In this document: positions 10,396-18,896 of the stretch, piece by piece
How the letters are laid out: the number at the start of each line of letters is the position of its first letter
Numbering within the stretch: position 1 is the stretch's first letter
DNA from: an uncultured Spirochaetota bacterium
GTDB lineage: Bacteria; Spirochaetota; Brevinematia; Brevinematales; JAOACQ01
Reading direction: 5' to 3'
Assembly (NCBI GenBank): GCA_963768055.1
Contig: CAVYGN010000002.1
Coordinates: 768,001 to 832,000 of the forward strand
DNA length: 64,000 nt
The notes under the pieces: generated by a model
The model's database searches: none
Seen by the model: the letters and a program-made list of their open reading frames with translations, nothing else
Told to the model about the DNA's origin: nothing
Made by a program: the position numbers and the translations under genes

Positions 10396-11096
10396 ATGGC
10401 ATATTGTATGTAGTATCGACTCCTATCGGTAATTTAGGCGATATAACGCTCCGGGCCCTGGAAATATTAAAGAATGTCGATGGGATTGCATGTGAAAACC
10501 GGGATAGGCACATAAAACTGCTAAACCGTTACAGCATAAAAAACCGTCTCCTGGAATATTCTCCCGCTAATGAAAAAAACAGTTCAAAAGGCATTGTAAA
10601 ACTTCTTCTTGAAGGAAAAAATATCGCCCTTGTCAGCGATGCCGGGGTTCCCGGTTTGTCCGATCCCGGTTATGTACTATTGGAAGAAGCACGGAAGAAT
10701 TTTATTAAAATCGTACCCGTACCGGGAGTATCTGCACTTACGACCCTGCTCTCTGTTTCCGGCATGCCTTTCAAAAAATTAATATTTCTCGGATTTTTGC
10801 CCAAGTCATTATCGCGTATTGAAAAGGAACTGGGCCAATACCGTAGTTTCAATGGAGGGATAGTTTTTTTTGCGAACCAGCGGCATGTAAAAAAAATCCT
10901 GGATCTCATTAATAAAATTTTCGACAATGTCGAAATTATTATTGGAAGGGAGATGACAAAGATGAACGAAGAGTTTGTTCGGGATAAAATTACAGAAATA
11001 ATAAAGGCCGGTATTGAGGAAAGAGGGGAATTTACAATTTTAATTCATAACAGGTTAAAAAATCCAGGAAGGGAACATACTGAAGGGCGCCTCTAA
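10392..11096 (+). CDS. rsmI: 16S rRNA (cytidine1402-2'-O)-methyltransferase RsmI
   Basis: GTG at 10392; LYVVSTPIGNLGDITLRALE; VSDAGVPGLSDPG; REMTKMNEE; RGEF. Confidence 0.93.
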   Translation: MNGILYVVSTPIGNLGDITLRALEILKNVDGIACENRDRHIKLLNRYSIKNRLLEYSPANEKNSSKGIVKLLLEGKNIALVSDAGVPGLSDPGYVLLEEARKNFIKIVPVPGVSALTTLLSVSGMPFKKLIFLGFLPKSLSRIEKELGQYRSFNGGIVFFANQRHVKKILDLINKIFDNVEIIIGREMTKMNEEFVRDKITEIIKAGIEERGEFTILIHNRLKNPGREHTEGRL

Positions 11097-11224
11097 TAAC
11101 CTTCGGATAGGAAGCGCCCATAGGGCATGCATTCAAGTTGAATTGTGCATGTTAACGGAAAGAGATTTTCTTGAGTAATTAGAACTGCCCTGAATAAAAT
11201 AAATTTTTAGGAAGAGAAGTTTTC

Positions 11225-11253
11225 CTAAAGATTGTTTTGAAATTGACCGAAAA
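11225..11253 (+). promoter_or_regulatory. Possible sigma-28 promoter of flgM
   Basis: CTAAAG...ACCGAAAA; spacing is one base longer than the TAAA-N15-GCCGATAA consensus; context fits. Confidence 0.4.
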
Positions 11254-11280
11254 TTAAACCGACAGAAGAGGAGGTCCTTT

Positions 11281-11571
11281 ATGGAAATTCGAGGAATTGA
11301 CAATGTCAGGGGAATTGATAACAATTCAAAGATAAACAAGTTAGTTAAAAAAGATAATGAATCAACTCAGGTCCCTGATTCGGCTGAAATTTCCAAGGAA
11401 GCAAAGCAGCTTGCCGAAGAAGCGAAAATACGCGAAACATTGGCTAAAGTGCCTGATGTAAGAGAGGATAAAATCCAGCAGGCGAAGGAAAAGCTCGAAA
11501 ACGGGGCATACAATAAAGAAGAGGTTATAAACACTGTCGCTGAAAGGCTGATGAAAGTTCTTGGCCTGTAA
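11281..11571 (+). CDS. flgM: Anti-sigma-28 factor FlgM
   Basis: DSAEISKEA...VPDVREDKIQQAKEKLENGAY...VAERL; GAGGAGG SD. Confidence 0.9.
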   Translation: MEIRGIDNVRGIDNNSKINKLVKKDNESTQVPDSAEISKEAKQLAEEAKIRETLAKVPDVREDKIQQAKEKLENGAYNKEEVINTVAERLMKVLGL

Positions 11572-11606
11572 ATCACAGAATTTAAGAAAGTTTTAATAAA
11601 TCTTAT

Positions 11607-11635
11607 GGGGCTGCCTCAAAAGGCAGCCCCTTTTT
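11607..11635 (+). terminator. Intrinsic terminator after flgM
   Basis: GGGGCTGCCT-CAAA-AGGCAGCCCC-TTTTT. Confidence 0.85.
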
Positions 11636-11679
11636 CGTGATCTGATAGATATAAGTCATGCATTATGATATAATTAAAT

Positions 11680-13014
11680 ATGAAAAATAATTTACCTGTA
11701 GTTGCGATAATCGGAAGACCTAATGTGGGGAAATCCTCCCTGTTCAATCTTCTCCTTGGAGAAAGAAAATCGATAGTTGATGAAATTGAAGGTGTGACCC
11801 GGGATGTCAATAAGGGAATAGTAAAAACAAACCGTATTTCTTTTACTATCCTGGATACCGCCGGATATCTTGAGAAAGGAGATGAATTCAATAAATTGGT
11901 CCAGGAAAAAATAAGAGAAGCTATCGCCGGTACTGACCTGGTTTTATTTATTGTTGATGGAAGAGAGCCCCATCCTTACGATGAAGATATCGCCCGTATT
12001 CTTAAGAGGGAACAAAAGCCCGTTATTATAATCGCCAATAAGCTTGATAACAGGGATATGGAAAGTCTTGCCGACCAATTCTATCATCTTGGTTTCGATA
12101 CCATTATACCTTTTTCGGTTTCCCATAAACGCGGTTACATACAGATAATTGAAATCATCGAGGATATGCTGTCGCATTTAGAATATGACCAGGAAGACAA
12201 ACCTGAAGAAGATGAAATTAAAATATCTATAGTAGGAAAGCCGAATGTCGGGAAATCTCTTTTGATTAACAAGCTCCTGGGTTTTGATAGAAGTATAGTA
12301 TCGGATATTCCCGGCACTACGAGGGACTCGGTTGACGATGTTTTTAATTATTCGGGACATACAATAAGGCTCATTGATACGGCAGGACTCCGGCGGAAAT
12401 CGAAAGTAAGCGGCAACATTGAATATTACAGTAATGTAAGGACTGTTCAGACTATTGAAAGAAGCGACGTGGTTATTATGCTTATGGATGCCGGGGAACA
12501 AATTTCACAGCAGGACAGGAAAATTGTTGAGATGGTCATCGAGAAGGGCAAGGCCCTTGTTATTGCATATAACAAGTGGGATCTAAAAAGGACAAGGTCG
12601 GACGATGATTACAGGCTCATGGAGGGGACCAGGAAACTTACATTTAAGGAGATCGGTATTTATCAATTTGTCCCGGTTGAATTTGTTTCAGCCCTGGACG
12701 GATACCGGATAGATAAGTTGATGGAAACCGTATTCAGGGTTGACAGGGATTATCATTACCGGGTACCGACGGGAGTTTTAAATGCCTGGCTTGAAAGAGA
12801 AATAAGGGAAAGCGATATAAAAAAACCGAGTTCCAACCTGAGGATCTATTATGCCACACAGGTTTATTCGGCGCCGCCCAAATTTATTTTTTTTATAAAT
12901 AAAAAGGAGCACTTAAGAAAGGATTTTACGAGGCAGATTGAGAAAAAATTAAGAGGAGCCTTTGAATTTACGGGTACTCCTATTAAAATAACTTTCAAAG
13001 AAAAAGCCCCTTAA
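11680..13014 (+). CDS. der: Ribosome biogenesis GTPase Der (EngA)
   Basis: Two GTPase domains (GRPNVGKSS and GKPNVGKS; DTAG x2; NKLD/NKWD) plus KH-like C-terminus FTGTPI. Confidence 0.96.
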   Translation: MKNNLPVVAIIGRPNVGKSSLFNLLLGERKSIVDEIEGVTRDVNKGIVKTNRISFTILDTAGYLEKGDEFNKLVQEKIREAIAGTDLVLFIVDGREPHPYDEDIARILKREQKPVIIIANKLDNRDMESLADQFYHLGFDTIIPFSVSHKRGYIQIIEIIEDMLSHLEYDQEDKPEEDEIKISIVGKPNVGKSLLINKLLGFDRSIVSDIPGTTRDSVDDVFNYSGHTIRLIDTAGLRRKSKVSGNIEYYSNVRTVQTIERSDVVIMLMDAGEQISQQDRKIVEMVIEKGKALVIAYNKWDLKRTRSDDDYRLMEGTRKLTFKEIGIYQFVPVEFVSALDGYRIDKLMETVFRVDRDYHYRVPTGVLNAWLEREIRESDIKKPSSNLRIYYATQVYSAPPKFIFFINKKEHLRKDFTRQIEKKLRGAFEFTGTPIKITFKEKAP

Positions 13015-13034
13015 GGGCTTGGGTTGGAGGTAAA

Positions 13035-16000
13035 ATGAAAAAATATTTATTTTTAGCGGTAATGACGTGTTCGGTATTATTTTTCCTCCGGCACTCTTTT
13101 GGGCTTAATCAGATACCGGGTTCCCAGAATGTATATGTCGGTTATGGAGTTAACGAACTTTCTCTGGGTTATGCGGGTATTTCCGAAATGTCCAGTATCG
13201 ATGGGAACTCATTCAACCCCGCAAGCATGGGCGATCTTAGGAGAATGGCAAACAGCCTGTCGGCAGGCGGGTTTGAAAGCGATGATTTGTTATTCAGCGC
13301 AGGTTTTTCATATCCGACGGGGATCGGAGTCCTGTCGATCAACGGCGTTTATCTCGAAGATTCGGCTTCAAATTCACTTTCATCCCTGATCGGGCTTCAA
13401 TTAAGCCTGGCCAAACCCATCACAGAAAATTTATTCTGGGGCGTCGATGTAAAATACGGTTCGGGTTCTTTATCGAATTCCTCCGATTATCAGCTTGCCG
13501 GGGATATGGGACTTATACTCAGGGAAAATACCCCGGGGACGGGCTTCGGTTTTTTTGAACCCTCATTCGGCATTGTATTAAAAAACCTGGGAAAATCGAT
13601 ACAGCTTGGCGAATATGATCCGTTCCCGGCAATGGGCGTCGGAGCCGGCGCATCATTTGATCCTGTGAAATATGATGCATATAGGTTAAGATTGATAGCC
13701 GATGCCGTAGTTCCGGTTAATCCGTTTAATGTCATTCTTGACGCCGGACTTGAAAATACATTCTTTGATTTTTTGAAGATAAGGGCGGGGTATATATTTT
13801 CAACCCCTTCCCTTGGAATATCCTACATCGGGCCTTTCCAGCTGGGTATAGCCCTGATGGGAAAAATAGCCTATAATGCCACTAATTTCAATCCTGAAAA
13901 CCTGCAGGTAAAAACTGCAGGCGAGCGCCTGGACAATTCGACGGATATTGAATTGGCATATGCGCTTCAGCAGCAGAATTTCAACGGCAAGTACGAACTT
14001 GCTCATTTTATAAATGTCAGCGTTGCATGGGGTTACTTTAGCACTGTAAAGCCGTTTGTATCCCTCAAACCCGATATTATATACATCTCGCCTAATACCG
14101 AATCCACACAGGGAAAAGTGAGATTATCGCTCGATATCAAGGATAGCGTTATTATAGAAGGTTGGGAAGCCGATATCAGGGATAAAAACGGCAATACCGT
14201 GAAAACTTTCAAGAGCCTTGATAAATTGCAGATCAGAATGCTGACCCCCGGAAAATTTTTAAGCCAGATATTCTCATCAAAACAGCAGGTTGATATTCCC
14301 GGGGATGTAGTATGGGACGGCCATGATGAAATCGGGGCAAAAGTCCCGGATGGGGAATATAATTATATTCTGCGCGCATGGGATGAAAATAACAATATTG
14401 GAGAAACCGAACCCGGAAAGCTGATAATAGATACCGTACCCCCGAAGCTGGAGCCGTCATTACCGTATCTCGTGTTCTCAATCAATAAAGACAGTTCAAA
14501 GCAGTTGTTATTTATAGATATAAAAAGTTCCGATGTCGAAAACGGTGATAAGATACATGCTGCAATAATAGATTCAAAAACCAATGAGGTGCGAACATTC
14601 GATTTTGAGAATTCATGCCCGGCCCGGATAGTCTGGGATGGACATGATGATCATAATGGTATAGTTCCTGAAGGAGAATACAGCTTTTCTGCCAGGGCAT
14701 GGGACAGGGCCGGTAATATAACATTGAAGAAGATTACAGGCATACGTCTTGTGACAAATTATGAAACAATCATGCTGAATTCAGAAGATGATGCCTTCTC
14801 TCCGAATAACGATGGTTTCAAGGATACTGTAACATTTGTCCAGAAATCGTCCAGCACCAGGGGCCTGGAGGAATGGTCGCTCAAAATTTACGATAATAAT
14901 TCAAACGTCGTAAAGGAATATAAAGGCGGCCATGACCTGCCTGAAGAAATTGTCTGGGACGGAAGGGATAAAAACAATTCAATAGTCAAGGATGGGTACT
15001 ATACATATGGCACCGGTTTGATATTCGACAGCGGAAACCATCCGATATCGGAAAAAAAAGTTGTCAGGGTTAAAACCGCCCCTCCTTTGATCGTGATAAA
15101 ACCGGAATATATGTCATTTTCCCCGAATAATACTGAAGCCCGGAACTCGATGGTATTCGATAACACGGTAGAGGGAGATGACGATGATGTTATTGATATA
15201 AAGATAATCGATCCCTCAGGCAATATTGTTTATTACAATACATACCGGAAAAAAGATTTCCCGGATAAGTTCATATGGAACGGGAAGGACAAAGATTTAG
15301 AACCCCTCCCTGAAGGCAAATATACTTATGTTGTAGAAGGGGAAGATAAGGTAGGCAATAAAGATTCAAAACAGATAACCGGGATAGTCTTGAAAACAGG
15401 GCTTGAGAAAGTTTCTGTCCAATCAGATTTAAAAGCCTTTTCGCCAAAAAACTCCGTAAGCAATAAAATAGTCTTTACACCGCTGGTTACATCGAAGGAA
15501 AACATAGTTGATTTCGAATTGTCCATCCGGGATGATAAAAACAATTTAGTGAAATCGATAAAGACAAATACATTCATGAATAAGATAGAATGGAACGGGA
15601 CTGATAATTCAAAAACATTGGCTAAAGATGGGAATTATTCATATCAATTGAGGGTTAAATATGATTATGGAAACGAATTGAATTCAGCCGCCAAAAATGT
15701 CAGGCTTCTTACGAAGGTCCCTGAGATTACAATAAAAGCAGATGATTGGATTTTTTCTCCTAACGGGGACGGTAATAAGGAAACATTTATCATCCGGCAG
15801 CATGTAGGAGAAGACCCGGAAATTTTATATAATGCCGGGATATTCGATCAGAATGGCAAGCCGGTGAGGTCTTTCAAATGGGCGGGAACGGGGCCCTCTT
15901 CAGTGCCGGCTGAACTGGTATGGGAGGGATTAGACGACAAAGGGAGCCAGGCCCCTGAAGGAATATATATGTATGAAATATCCGGTACCGACGTCGCGGG

Positions 16001-17120
16001 CAATAAAACTAGAAAAACCATCGACAGGATTAAACTGGTCAGGACTTTTGAAAAATTGCTGTTTACCAGTGATATTAAAGCCTTTTCACCGAACAATGAC
16101 GGAATAATGGATACGATTAAATTTTATCAGGTTCTTTCTTCTACTAATGACCTGCAGGCGTCCCTTTTGACAATTTATGATTCTACCGGCAATAAGGTCA
16201 GGCAATTTATTAAAAAGGGCGGCATCGATAAAGAAACAGCCTGGGATGGTAAAAACGACAAGAGCAATATTCAGCCCGACGGTTTCTATACGGCTGAGCT
16301 TGAGTGCTCCTTTGAAAGCGGCAATGACATAAAGGCGGCGATATCCAATATAATTATTGACAAAATAACTCCGGCGTATAAGCTTTCTGTAAGCCCCGAT
16401 CTTTTTACCCCCGATGGAGACGGGGAAAACGATATACTTTATATTAACCTCGAGGTCTGGGCACTGGCTGGAATAAAGAATTGGGAAATAGATATAAGTA
16501 AAAAACTTGAAAATGGCGAAAAAGGCAGATTGTTCAAAAGATTTTTCGGAACAAACGATACGGTAAAACAGATACAATGGGATGGATATAGCGATGACGG
16601 GCAGGATCTTGTCGAATCCGTCCAGGACTACATACTTGAACTTAAAGCTGAAGATAATGTCGGCAACATGCTTACCAATGTTTTCAGGGAAATACCGGTC
16701 GGGGTCTTAGTTGAAAAAACGCCCGATGGTTTAAGAATCAGGGTTTCAAGCATCCAATTCGCTTTTGACAAAGCTGATCTTATAGGGAATAGCGGAGAAA
16801 GCCTCGACAAGGTCATTTATATAATTCGCAGGATCCTTTCGGACCCTAAAAAATACGGAATTACAGACAACTATAAAATCGAGGTAAGCGGTCATACTGA
16901 CGACGTCGGCACTGATGAATATAACCAGAAATTGTCGGAAAAGAGGGCGTTCCAGGTTTATCAGTATTTCCTGATGAAAGATATCGATCCAAGGATTCTG
17001 ACATATGCCGGATACGGCAAGTCGCGTCAATATAAGGTGGTGACCCCGGATATGACGAAAGAGAAAAAGGACGAATACAGGGCACGCAACAGAAGGGTGG
17101 AGTTTTTTATAAGGAAGTGA
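13035..17120 (+). CDS. Large exported protein: N-terminal putative beta-barrel, 8 FlgD-Ig-like repeats, C-terminal OmpA peptidoglycan-binding domain
   Basis: Signal peptide; LSLGYAG...NPASMG and alternating strands; 8 FSPNxDG-like and 8 W[DNE]G motifs; SGHTDDVG...NQKLSEKRA...GYG...NRRVEF. Confidence 0.85.
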   Translation: MKKYLFLAVMTCSVLFFLRHSFGLNQIPGSQNVYVGYGVNELSLGYAGISEMSSIDGNSFNPASMGDLRRMANSLSAGGFESDDLLFSAGFSYPTGIGVLSINGVYLEDSASNSLSSLIGLQLSLAKPITENLFWGVDVKYGSGSLSNSSDYQLAGDMGLILRENTPGTGFGFFEPSFGIVLKNLGKSIQLGEYDPFPAMGVGAGASFDPVKYDAYRLRLIADAVVPVNPFNVILDAGLENTFFDFLKIRAGYIFSTPSLGISYIGPFQLGIALMGKIAYNATNFNPENLQVKTAGERLDNSTDIELAYALQQQNFNGKYELAHFINVSVAWGYFSTVKPFVSLKPDIIYISPNTESTQGKVRLSLDIKDSVIIEGWEADIRDKNGNTVKTFKSLDKLQIRMLTPGKFLSQIFSSKQQVDIPGDVVWDGHDEIGAKVPDGEYNYILRAWDENNNIGETEPGKLIIDTVPPKLEPSLPYLVFSINKDSSKQLLFIDIKSSDVENGDKIHAAIIDSKTNEVRTFDFENSCPARIVWDGHDDHNGIVPEGEYSFSARAWDRAGNITLKKITGIRLVTNYETIMLNSEDDAFSPNNDGFKDTVTFVQKSSSTRGLEEWSLKIYDNNSNVVKEYKGGHDLPEEIVWDGRDKNNSIVKDGYYTYGTGLIFDSGNHPISEKKVVRVKTAPPLIVIKPEYMSFSPNNTEARNSMVFDNTVEGDDDDVIDIKIIDPSGNIVYYNTYRKKDFPDKFIWNGKDKDLEPLPEGKYTYVVEGEDKVGNKDSKQITGIVLKTGLEKVSVQSDLKAFSPKNSVSNKIVFTPLVTSKENIVDFELSIRDDKNNLVKSIKTNTFMNKIEWNGTDNSKTLAKDGNYSYQLRVKYDYGNELNSAAKNVRLLTKVPEITIKADDWIFSPNGDGNKETFIIRQHVGEDPEILYNAGIFDQNGKPVRSFKWAGTGPSSVPAELVWEGLDDKGSQAPEGIYMYEISGTDVAGNKTRKTIDRIKLVRTFEKLLFTSDIKAFSPNNDGIMDTIKFYQVLSSTNDLQASLLTIYDSTGNKVRQFIKKGGIDKETAWDGKNDKSNIQPDGFYTAELECSFESGNDIKAAISNIIIDKITPAYKLSVSPDLFTPDGDGENDILYINLEVWALAGIKNWEIDISKKLENGEKGRLFKRFFGTNDTVKQIQWDGYSDDGQDLVESVQDYILELKAEDNVGNMLTNVFREIPVGVLVEKTPDGLRIRVSSIQFAFDKADLIGNSGESLDKVIYIIRRILSDPKKYGITDNYKIEVSGHTDDVGTDEYNQKLSEKRAFQVYQYFLMKDIDPRILTYAGYGKSRQYKVVTPDMTKEKKDEYRARNRRVEFFIRK

Positions 17121-17133
17121 ATATATATAATTA

Positions 17134-17170
17134 TTAAGCCCCTTTGCATATGCAGAGGGGCTTAACTTTT
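17134..17170. terminator. Hairpin/bidirectional terminator between convergent genes
   Basis: TTAAGCCCCTTTGCA-TA-TGCAGAGGGGCTTAA-CTTTT. Confidence 0.75.
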
Positions 17171-17173
17171 AAT

Positions 17174-17638
17174 TTAGAAATGGACTCTTATGCCCAAACG
17201 GAAATCTGCTCCTAAAGTTAAGCCCGGTAAGAAAAAGAGCAGCGGAGCTCCTTCCAGGAAAACTTCAAGGTGTGAGACAGGGTAAAATTGCAATCCAATC
17301 GGAATCCTGCCCCCGAAATCAAATGATGAGCCGCTGCCAAATCCGACTCCAATAAATGCCCCAACTCCGATATAAAAATCCAGAGCTCCTGCAAGATGTT
17401 CGTTGATAACCCAGAAATCGCCGTTGACTTCTAATGATCCTGAGCTGGTTAAATTCCATTCGGCGCCCCACATGATAGGTATCGGGTTTATCCTGAATGT
17501 AAGTCCCAGACCTGTACCATACAAGGTGCCAATTCCGTAATCCCCATAAATGCCGATCGCGCTCGAACCGGCAATACAAAATCCGCTACCCGCGATCAAT
17601 AACACCAAACTAAAGGCTAAAAGGATCCTTTTCATCAT
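17174..17638 (-). CDS. Small outer-membrane beta-barrel protein (BAPKO_0422/DUF3996-like)
   Basis: Signal peptide; Gly/aromatic amphipathic strands; GGRIPIGLQFYP..LEVFLEGAP; C-terminal GIRVHF beta-signal. Confidence 0.75.
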   Translation of the reverse strand: MMKRILLAFSLVLLIAGSGFCIAGSSAIGIYGDYGIGTLYGTGLGLTFRINPIPIMWGAEWNLTSSGSLEVNGDFWVINEHLAGALDFYIGVGAFIGVGFGSGSSFDFGGRIPIGLQFYPVSHLEVFLEGAPLLFFLPGLTLGADFRLGIRVHF

Positions 17639-17668
17639 TACCCTCCATTAAATTCATTATGAAATATT

Positions 17669-17696
17669 ATTTTATAGAAAAAAATATAAAAGTCAA
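17669..17696 (-). promoter_or_regulatory. Sigma-70-like promoter of the barrel gene
   Basis: TTGACT-N16-TAAAAT on the minus strand. Confidence 0.5.
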
Positions 17697-17729
17697 ATTA
17701 TAGCCGGCGAGTTTGCATGAAAATTTATT

Positions 17730-17745
17730 TGCGTGTACGTTAACT
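17730..17745. promoter_or_regulatory. Candidate LacI-family operator, copy 1
   Basis: TGCGTGTACGTTAACT, identical to 18868-18883; CG-centred pseudo-palindrome. Confidence 0.7.
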
Positions 17746-17761
17746 TTTTTATCAAAAAATA

Positions 17762-17790
17762 TTGACATTGTTTTTTTGTTGAATTAAAAT
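17762..17790 (+). promoter_or_regulatory. Sigma-70 promoter of the LacI-ara operon
   Basis: TTGACA-N17-TAAAAT. Confidence 0.75.
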
Positions 17791-17824
17791 AGTGAAAATA
17801 CAGTATTGTTTCAAAGCGGGTATT

Positions 17825-18856
17825 ATGACAATAAAAGAGCTGGCTAAAAGAGCCAATGTATCTATCGGAACGGTGGACAGGGTTATGCATGGAAGAGGGA
17901 GGGTATCAAAAGACACCTCCGAGATGATTAAAAAGCTGATCTCTGAATCAGGGTATAAACCCAATATATTCGGAAGGCGTTTATCTTTGTCAAAAGATTT
18001 TACTTTTGCCATTTTGATGCCAAAGCTTTACCAGGATTCAAAATATTGGGAAATGTCGTCGAAAGGAATAGAGCAGGCGCATACTGAGCTGAAAGCTTAT
18101 AAAGTAAAAATAAAATATTTTTTTTACGACCGCTATTCCGAAATTTCGATAAAAAAGGAAATAGAAAAAATAGAAAATACCGGAATCGACGGGTTGTTGA
18201 TTGCCCCTGTCCTGCACAGGCCGATAAAAAAGTATCTGGCGACCATCGCGAAAAAGATTCCATACGTTTTGTTCAATGCGAATATCCCGGATTCAAACGC
18301 CGTCAGCTATATCGGGCAGGACTCTTTTCAGAGCGGTGTTTTATCCGCCAAGCTTATGAAAATGTTAGTTTGCAGGAAAGGGTGTATAGCTGTAATGATC
18401 GCCGCGCCTGACGATTACCATATAACGGAAAGGGCTGACGGGTTTTATTCATATTTTGAGGATAACGATGATTATTCTCTTAAATCATATACAATGAGCC
18501 CGTGTACAAAGGAAACTTTTTATGCAATGATGAAGAAAATAACGAGGGAGGAGAGGGAACTTCAGGGTGTTTTTGTTGCTAATGCTGCGACCCATTATGC
18601 TGCAGAATATCTGAAAGAGCATTTCAGCGACAAAAAAATATGCCTGGTAGGTTATGATCCTATAGATGAAAACGTAAAATACTTGAGGGAGGGAATTATC
18701 GACTTTCTCATAAGTCAGAAAGCCGAAATGCAGGGTTATAAGGGCATTTACGCTCTTTACCGCAGTGTTGTACTTCAGGAGCCCTCTGAAAAATATATTA
18801 TGATGCCGCTTGATATTATTACGAAAGAAAATTTGATATACTACCAGAAGTATTAA
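17825..18856 (+). CDS. LacI-family transcriptional regulator (putative arabinose regulator)
   Basis: MTIKELAKRANVSIGTVDRVMHGRGRVS HTH; GYKPN; periplasmic-binding-protein-like domain. Confidence 0.92.
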   Translation: MTIKELAKRANVSIGTVDRVMHGRGRVSKDTSEMIKKLISESGYKPNIFGRRLSLSKDFTFAILMPKLYQDSKYWEMSSKGIEQAHTELKAYKVKIKYFFYDRYSEISIKKEIEKIENTGIDGLLIAPVLHRPIKKYLATIAKKIPYVLFNANIPDSNAVSYIGQDSFQSGVLSAKLMKMLVCRKGCIAVMIAAPDDYHITERADGFYSYFEDNDDYSLKSYTMSPCTKETFYAMMKKITREERELQGVFVANAATHYAAEYLKEHFSDKKICLVGYDPIDENVKYLREGIIDFLISQKAEMQGYKGIYALYRSVVLQEPSEKYIMMPLDIITKENLIYYQKY

Positions 18857-18867
18857 TTTTGGTCTAA

Positions 18868-18883
18868 TGCGTGTACGTTAACT
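18868..18883. promoter_or_regulatory. Candidate LacI-family operator, copy 2 (before araB)
   Basis: TGCGTGTACGTTAACT, 13 nt before the araB ATG. Confidence 0.7.
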
Positions 18884-18896
18884 ATTTGGCGGGATT

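Noticed and set aside
11144..11156. GTGCATGTTAAC upstream of flgM resembles the ara operator core
   Set aside because: Two mismatches including the central CG, and no functional link.
14040..16700. Repeats in the giant gene as a DNA repeat array
   Set aside because: They are diverged protein-level repeats with no identical nucleotide units.
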